From positions 175-64,174 of the forward strand of contig JADHLZ010000005.1 in NCBI GenBank assembly GCA_016780345.1: DNA of 64,000 nucleotides. Reading direction: 5' to 3'. Positions 58,863-64,000 of this stretch are shown here, one piece after another. The notes below the pieces were generated by a model, which saw only the letters and a list, made by a program, of their open reading frames with translations, ran no database searches and had not been told where the DNA came from. Source of the stretch: Flavobacteriaceae bacterium. GTDB lineage: Bacteria > Bacteroidota > Bacteroidia > Flavobacteriales > Flavobacteriaceae. Position numbers and translations under genes: made by a program. Every line of letters starts with the position of its first letter. Position 1 is the first letter of the stretch.

Positions 58863-60344
58863 ATGAACGACCTTTTTAAATCTGTAATAATTACTCTAGC
58901 ATTTTGTTCGTGCCAAAATAATTCTGAAATGGAAATTAAAATTTTTGAAACATCTAGAAATGGAAATAAATTAAAAGAATTAAAAGAATTTAATATCTCA
59001 GAAAAAATCTCTGAAATTAATTTAAAAACTTATAAAAAATATCAGACTATTACAGGTTTTGGTGGGGCATTCACGGAATCATCTGCTTATTTACTAAATC
59101 AAATGAGTAAAGAAAAAAGAAAAGAAATTTTAAATGCCTATTTTTCCGAGAAAGGTTCAAATTATTCTCTTACTAGAACTCACATGAATTCATGTGATTT
59201 TTCCATTTCAAATTATTCTTATAGCCCCGTTGAAGGGGATATAAATCTTGAACATTTTTCAGTTAAAGAAGACATGGATGATATAATTCCCATGATAAAA
59301 GAAGCTATGGAAGTCTCTCAAGATGGATTTAAAATTTTTGCTTCTCCTTGGACAGCAGCTCCATGGATGAAAGACAATAATGAATGGAAAGGAGGAAAAT
59401 TACTGCCAAAATACTACGATACTTGGGCCCTGTTTTTCTCAAAATATGTTGATGCTTACAAGGAACAAGGTATAAACATATGGGGTTTTACAGTTGAAAA
59501 TGAACCTCACGGAAATAATTCAAGCTGGGAGAGCATGCATTATACACCTGAAGAAATGACACATTTTGTAAAAGAATACTTAGGACCTCAACTGGAAAAA
59601 GACGGTAAAGGAGATCTCGTAATTCTTGGTTACGACCAAAATAGAGCAGATCTAAAAAAATGGGTTGACTCAATGTTTGAAAACGAAGAATCATCTAAAT
59701 ATTTTGATGGAACTGCTGTTCATTGGTACGATAGTACATATGAATTTTATCCTGACGAACTTCAATATGCTCATAACAAAGCACCAAATAAATATTTAAT
59801 TCAAACTGAAGCATGTGTTGATTCAGAAATTCCTCATTGGAATGATGATGATTGGTATTTTAGAAAAGAGGCAACTGATTGGGGATACGATTGGAGAGAA
59901 GATGAAAAAAAATATTTACATCCAAAATATGCACCGTTCAACAGATACTCAAGAGATATAATCGGATCTTTAAATAACTGGGTTGATGGATGGGTAGACT
60001 GGAATATGGTATTAGATACGCAAGGAGGTCCAAATTGGGCTAATAATTGGTGCGTAGCTCCAATTATCGTTGATCCTACAATTGATGAAATATACTACAC
60101 CCCACTTTATTATGTGATGACCCATTTTAGCAAGTACATAAGACCTGGTGCAGAAGTTATCGAAGCAGAAAATTCCGATCCGGAATTAATGGTTACTGCA
60201 GCACTCAATCCTGATAAAAGTATTGCTATTGTTTTATTTAATGAAGGTTTTGAAGAAAAAAGCTTCAATCTAAATTTAAATGGATTTTCTAAATCTGTAT
60301 CTATTAGTCCTCAAGCAATTCAAACCATAACATTAGAAAACTAA
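58863..60344 (+). CDS. GH30 family glycoside hydrolase (glucosylceramidase-like; likely beta-1,6-glucosidase/glucanase debranching laminarin), lipoprotein
   Basis: 493 aa with lipobox LAFCSC, GFGGAFTES, acid/base TVENEPH, and nucleophile IQTEACV. Confidence 0.85.
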   Translation: MNDLFKSVIITLAFCSCQNNSEMEIKIFETSRNGNKLKELKEFNISEKISEINLKTYKKYQTITGFGGAFTESSAYLLNQMSKEKRKEILNAYFSEKGSNYSLTRTHMNSCDFSISNYSYSPVEGDINLEHFSVKEDMDDIIPMIKEAMEVSQDGFKIFASPWTAAPWMKDNNEWKGGKLLPKYYDTWALFFSKYVDAYKEQGINIWGFTVENEPHGNNSSWESMHYTPEEMTHFVKEYLGPQLEKDGKGDLVILGYDQNRADLKKWVDSMFENEESSKYFDGTAVHWYDSTYEFYPDELQYAHNKAPNKYLIQTEACVDSEIPHWNDDDWYFRKEATDWGYDWREDEKKYLHPKYAPFNRYSRDIIGSLNNWVDGWVDWNMVLDTQGGPNWANNWCVAPIIVDPTIDEIYYTPLYYVMTHFSKYIRPGAEVIEAENSDPELMVTAALNPDKSIAIVLFNEGFEEKSFNLNLNGFSKSVSISPQAIQTITLEN

Positions 60345-60348
60345 AACT

Positions 60349-61767
60349 ATGGAAAATAATTCTTTAAAAAGTTTGGAAGGAATGGGCCAAAAGATAGCTT
60401 TTGGATTTGGAATGTTAGCGAATCAAATGTTTCCTGCAGCTTTAGGAGTTTTTATTATTGTTCTAGTTCAGGATTTAGGTTTCGCTGCACTTTTATGGGG
60501 AATAATACAATTTGCACCAAGAATTTTTGATGCTATAACAGACCCTCTAATGGGATTTATTTCGGACAATACTAAGTCTAGGTGGGGAAGAAGAAGACAG
60601 TACGTTTTTATTGGTGGAATTTTAATGGGGTTAGCTTACATAGCTATGTGGCAATTACATAAAGATGATGGTATTGTTTACAATTTTATTTACTTCTTTT
60701 CTTGGTCATTAGTCTTCTATTTAGGATTAACCATTTTTAGCGTTCCATATGTAGCAATGGGCTATGAAATAAGTGATGATTTTCACGAGCGAACTCAAAT
60801 TATGGCTATAGCTCAATTTATTGGTCAATGGGCATGGGTAATTGCTCCTTGGTTTTGGGTTGTTTTATATGATCCAACATGGTTTCCTGAAGGGGCTGGT
60901 CAAGGCGTAAGAGATTTGTCTATTTGGGTGGCAATCCCATGTACTATTTTTGCAATTATACCTGCAATATTTATAAAAAGTGAATCGACTCTAAATAGAA
61001 AAGATTTTTTACCTGTAAATGCAGGTTATATTAGAAAAAGTATTAAAGGAATCTTTATTTCAGCTTTTGAAGCTTTCAAAATAAAGCAATTTAAAAAAAT
61101 TGCATTTGCAACATTTTTAATTTTTAACTCATTCCAAGTTATTGCTGCATTTACGTTTTTAATAATAGTCCACTACTTATTCAAAAGTGATCCTGCAAGT
61201 GCTGGAAGCTGGCCTGCCTTACATGGTTCTGTTGGAGCTCTAATTACTTCATTTTTAGTTATTCCACTAATTACTTTAATTTCTAAAAAAATTGGAAAAA
61301 AGAAAGCATTTATTTTATCACAATTAATTTCAATTATTGGATATATTTTGTTTTGGTTTCTATTTATTCCTGGTAAACCTTATATGTTTTTATTTGCACT
61401 ACCGTTTCATTCGTTTGGTATAGGTAGTTTATTTACGATAATGATGTCCATGACTGCGGATGTATGTGATTTAGATGAACTTGAAAATGGAACGCGAAGA
61501 GAAGGTGTTCTTGGGGCTGTGTACTGGTGGATGGTAAAACTTGGTTTTGGTGTAGCCGCCCTATTCAGTGGATTCATCCTGTGGTTAGTAGGATTTGACC
61601 CAAATCAAGTCAAAGAAACTGCTCTTACAGGAATGAGGTTGTTTTATACATTTCTTCCAATAACTGGTGTGATTCTGGCAATATTAATAATGAAAGATTA
61701 TGATATTAGTGAGGAAAGAGCAAATGAGATTAAAGAACAATTGAAGTTAAAAAAGAACAATAAATAA
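60349..61767 (+). CDS. GPH-family (MelB-like) MFS glycoside:cation symporter
   Basis: 472 aa with about 12 TM segments and the GPH signature DAITDPLMGFISDNTKSRWGRRRQY. Confidence 0.85.
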   Translation: MENNSLKSLEGMGQKIAFGFGMLANQMFPAALGVFIIVLVQDLGFAALLWGIIQFAPRIFDAITDPLMGFISDNTKSRWGRRRQYVFIGGILMGLAYIAMWQLHKDDGIVYNFIYFFSWSLVFYLGLTIFSVPYVAMGYEISDDFHERTQIMAIAQFIGQWAWVIAPWFWVVLYDPTWFPEGAGQGVRDLSIWVAIPCTIFAIIPAIFIKSESTLNRKDFLPVNAGYIRKSIKGIFISAFEAFKIKQFKKIAFATFLIFNSFQVIAAFTFLIIVHYLFKSDPASAGSWPALHGSVGALITSFLVIPLITLISKKIGKKKAFILSQLISIIGYILFWFLFIPGKPYMFLFALPFHSFGIGSLFTIMMSMTADVCDLDELENGTRREGVLGAVYWWMVKLGFGVAALFSGFILWLVGFDPNQVKETALTGMRLFYTFLPITGVILAILIMKDYDISEERANEIKEQLKLKKNNK

Positions 61768-61770
61768 AAT

Positions 61771-62655
61771 ATGTCTTACAGAAAGGAAAAGTTACATTCA
61801 TTAACAGGAATTGATTTAAATACTGTCTCTGAATCAGAATTAAAAAAGCTTTGTAATAAATTTTTAAAACAAGGAATTCATGGATTGTGTTTTAGTGCTT
61901 ATGATGAAGGACAAGAACCAGGTGATAATATTTCCGACAAGCAAATTTTAAGAAAATTAAATATTATCAAACCTTATATTAAATGGATTAGAACATTTTC
62001 TTGTATGGAGGGAAATGAAAGAATTCCAATTCTTGCTAAACAATTAGGTTTAAAAACACTCGTTGGTGCTTGGCTCAGTGATAATGAGCTAAAAAATGAA
62101 AAAGAAATCAATGGATTAATTTCTTTATGTAAATCTGGATATGTTGATGTTGCAGGAGTTGGAAATGAAGTTTTATATAGAAAAGAAATGTCTGAAACTG
62201 AACTTATCGACTACATTAATTTAGTCAAAAAAGAAATCGGAAATATTCCTGTTGGTTATGTTGATGCTTATTATGAATTTTCTTCAAGACCTGATCTTTC
62301 AGATTCTTGTGATGTTATCTTAGCTAATTGCTATCCTTATTGGGAAGGATGCAGCTTAGAATACTCCTTAATGTATATGAAACAAATGTATTTTGAGGCT
62401 AAGTCAGCTGGAAAAGGAAAAAAAGTAATCATTACTGAAACTGGTTGGCCAAGCCAAGGTGCTAGTTTAAGAGGAGCTCACCCTTCAAAGGAGAATGCTC
62501 TAAAATACTTTGTAAATGCACAAAACTGGTCATTTGAAGATGACATTGAAATGTTTTATTTTTCTGCTTTTGATGAATCTTGGAAAGTTGGTGTTGAAGG
62601 AGATGTAGGAGCATACTGGGGATTATGGGATAAAGATGAAAAATTAAAATTTTAA
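61771..62655 (+). CDS. GH17 family enzyme without signal peptide (predicted cytoplasmic)
   Basis: 294 aa with GVGNEVLY, canonical nucleophile motif ITETGWPSQG, and FYFSAFDESWK. The N-terminus MSYRKEKLHSLTGIDLN is hydrophilic. Confidence 0.8.
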   Translation: MSYRKEKLHSLTGIDLNTVSESELKKLCNKFLKQGIHGLCFSAYDEGQEPGDNISDKQILRKLNIIKPYIKWIRTFSCMEGNERIPILAKQLGLKTLVGAWLSDNELKNEKEINGLISLCKSGYVDVAGVGNEVLYRKEMSETELIDYINLVKKEIGNIPVGYVDAYYEFSSRPDLSDSCDVILANCYPYWEGCSLEYSLMYMKQMYFEAKSAGKGKKVIITETGWPSQGASLRGAHPSKENALKYFVNAQNWSFEDDIEMFYFSAFDESWKVGVEGDVGAYWGLWDKDEKLKF

Positions 62656-62657
62656 TA

Positions 62658-63590
62658 TTGGATTACTCTAAAGCACTTAATATAGATCTTGGTAAAGCAA
62701 TTTGCTACTCTGGATATAGAAAAGGTCAAACACCCGGAGAAATTTTTCCAACTTACAATCAGGTAAAAGAAGATCTTTTAATTATTAGTAAAACATGGAA
62801 ATACATTAGATTGTATAGTTGTGATTTTCATTCTAAAACTGTTTTAGAGGTCATAAAAAATGAAAAACTTTCCCTAAGAGTCATGCTTGGTTGCTATATT
62901 GAAGCAGAAATTAATAATTACTCTTGTCCATGGGGAGGTGAATATTCTGACGAACAATTAGAAATTAATAAAAAAAGAAATCTTCAAAGAATAGATTTGT
63001 TAGCAAAATTCGGTAATGAATACACTGACATTATTTTTTCTCTTTCTATTGGAAATGAAGCTTGTGTTAGTTGGACTGATCATATGGTTCCTGTTGAAAG
63101 CGTTGTCAAGTATGCAAAAATTATCAAAAATAAAGCCAATCAACCTGTAACCTTCTGTGAAAATTACGTTACATGGGTTAAAAAATTAGAAAAACTAGTA
63201 GAAGTAATTGATTTTATTTCTATTCATAGCTATCCTCAATGGGAAAATGTGTATATAAACAATGCCTTAAATTATACAATTGACAATTTTAATTTGGTTC
63301 GTTCTAAATACCCTGATAAATTAATTGTCATAACTGAAGCAGGTTGGACTACTTCAACCAATGATAAAGAAATTAAAAAACACAATACAAGCGAGCATTT
63401 TCAAAAAGTATATTATAAACAATTGTCCAAGTGGAGTGAAGATGAAAAGGTTCTAACTTTTATATTTGAAGCATTTGACGAACCCTGGAAAGGATCAAAT
63501 GACCCATTTGAGCCTGAAAAACATTGGGGTTTATTTTATGAAAACAGAACTCCTAAAATTGTAATGAATAAAGAATTATATAAAAAGTAA
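62658..63590 (+). CDS. GH17 family enzyme without signal peptide (predicted cytoplasmic), paralog of the preceding gene
   Basis: 310 aa with a TTG start. SIGNEACV, ITEAGWTTS and FIFEAFDEPWK. The N-terminus MDYSKALNIDLGKA is hydrophilic. Confidence 0.75.
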   Translation: MDYSKALNIDLGKAICYSGYRKGQTPGEIFPTYNQVKEDLLIISKTWKYIRLYSCDFHSKTVLEVIKNEKLSLRVMLGCYIEAEINNYSCPWGGEYSDEQLEINKKRNLQRIDLLAKFGNEYTDIIFSLSIGNEACVSWTDHMVPVESVVKYAKIIKNKANQPVTFCENYVTWVKKLEKLVEVIDFISIHSYPQWENVYINNALNYTIDNFNLVRSKYPDKLIVITEAGWTTSTNDKEIKKHNTSEHFQKVYYKQLSKWSEDEKVLTFIFEAFDEPWKGSNDPFEPEKHWGLFYENRTPKIVMNKELYKK

Positions 63591-63626
63591 TTATAGATAT
63601 TTCTTCTCAATAAAATTAATTTATTA

Positions 63627-63634
63627 TATATTTG
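63627..63634 (+). promoter_or_regulatory. -7 promoter box TATATTTG, 11 nt upstream of tRNA-Met
   Basis: Exact TAnnTTTG. The spacing fits a short leader that RNase P would remove. Confidence 0.5.
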
Positions 63635-63645
63635 GGATTCAAAAT

Positions 63646-63718
<73 letters not shown>

Positions 63719-63726
63719 CTAAACAA

Positions 63727-63757
63727 GACGGATCGGTATTTCTACCGGTCCGTTTTT
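63727..63757 (+). terminator. Rho-independent terminator after tRNA-Met (and the glucan operon)
   Basis: ACGGATCGGTA-TTTC-TACCGGTCCGT. An 11-bp stem with one G:U pair and a 4-nt loop, followed by TTTT. Confidence 0.85.
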
Positions 63758-63904
63758 CATTTATACCCCCGTCATCCCCTGTAAATGAATGGATTAACCT
63801 AAAAATCGGGTTGAGATCGGAGGTTCGATATTTGAATGAAGTTGTCTACTAAAACAATAAAATGGTTAAAATATTAAAAAGTTTAATTTTTTTTATATTT
63901 AAGT

Positions 63905-64000
63905 ATGTCAAAAAAAATTTTTTATCCTCTTTTTTTGTTAGTGATTCCTTTAATTGGAATGGTTATCAATGATGAAATTAACTGGAGTGCATTTGATTTC
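63905..64000 (+). CDS. N-terminal fragment of a membrane protein running out of the window
   Basis: ATG at 63905, open to the window end (MSKKIFYPLFLLVIPLIGMVINDEINWSAFDF), with a hydrophobic N-terminal helix. Too short to name. Confidence 0.35.
   Translation, partial: MSKKIFYPLFLLVIPLIGMVINDEINWSAFDF

Noticed and set aside
63761-63840. GC-richer patch after the tRNA-Met terminator containing GGAGGTTCGATA. This could be a duplicated tRNA 3' fragment (an island att site) or a small structured RNA or riboswitch.
   Set aside because: The T-loop-like string has no complementary T stem or acceptor sequence and does not repeat the 3' end of the adjacent tRNA. I could not fold a convincing helix or match any riboswitch consensus by eye.

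Overview
AT-rich (roughly 30% G+C by eye) and very gene-dense: by my count from the ORF coordinates only about 4% is non-coding. The segment looks like a streamlined marine Flavobacteriia (Bacteroidota) chromosome. Supporting signs are DUF1573, DUF4136 and PASTA-RluD type genes, almost no Shine-Dalgarno sequences, and recurrent TAnnTTTG -7 promoter boxes. Positions 1-52.6 kb are ordinary housekeeping genes: ddl, coaD, pyrE, birA, rsfS, ftsH, cdsA, psd, valS, murB, lipA, lpxK, folC, gltBD, rnhB, lipB, lysS, hemL, alaS, der and era, plus tRNA-Val. I saw no CRISPR array, transposase, integrase, phage gene or recognisable defence gene. The one accessory-looking region is a tightly packed seven-gene operon at 53.1-63.6 kb. 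It follows the largest spacer in the window (445 bp) and ends at an initiator tRNA-Met with a strong terminator. The operon encodes a 1149-aa GH94-like, probably GH149, beta-1,3-glucan phosphorylase with no signal peptide. It also encodes three exported enzymes (a GH17 lipoprotein, a small clan GH-A enzyme with GH72-like strings, and GH30), a GPH/MFS sugar symporter, and two signal-peptide-less GH17 paralogs. I read this as a laminarin or beta-1,3-glucan pathway without SusC/SusD that ends in cytoplasmic phosphorolysis. The two cytoplasmic GH17 enzymes may act by transglycosylation. Smaller observations: a Pmp3/YqaE gene broken by an in-frame TAA, a COG1579 protein whose four zinc-ribbon Cys are all replaced, -7 boxes placed so close to start codons that the mRNAs would be leaderless, and many convergent gene overlaps with almost no intrinsic terminators. 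All family assignments come from motif recognition by eye, not from searches.
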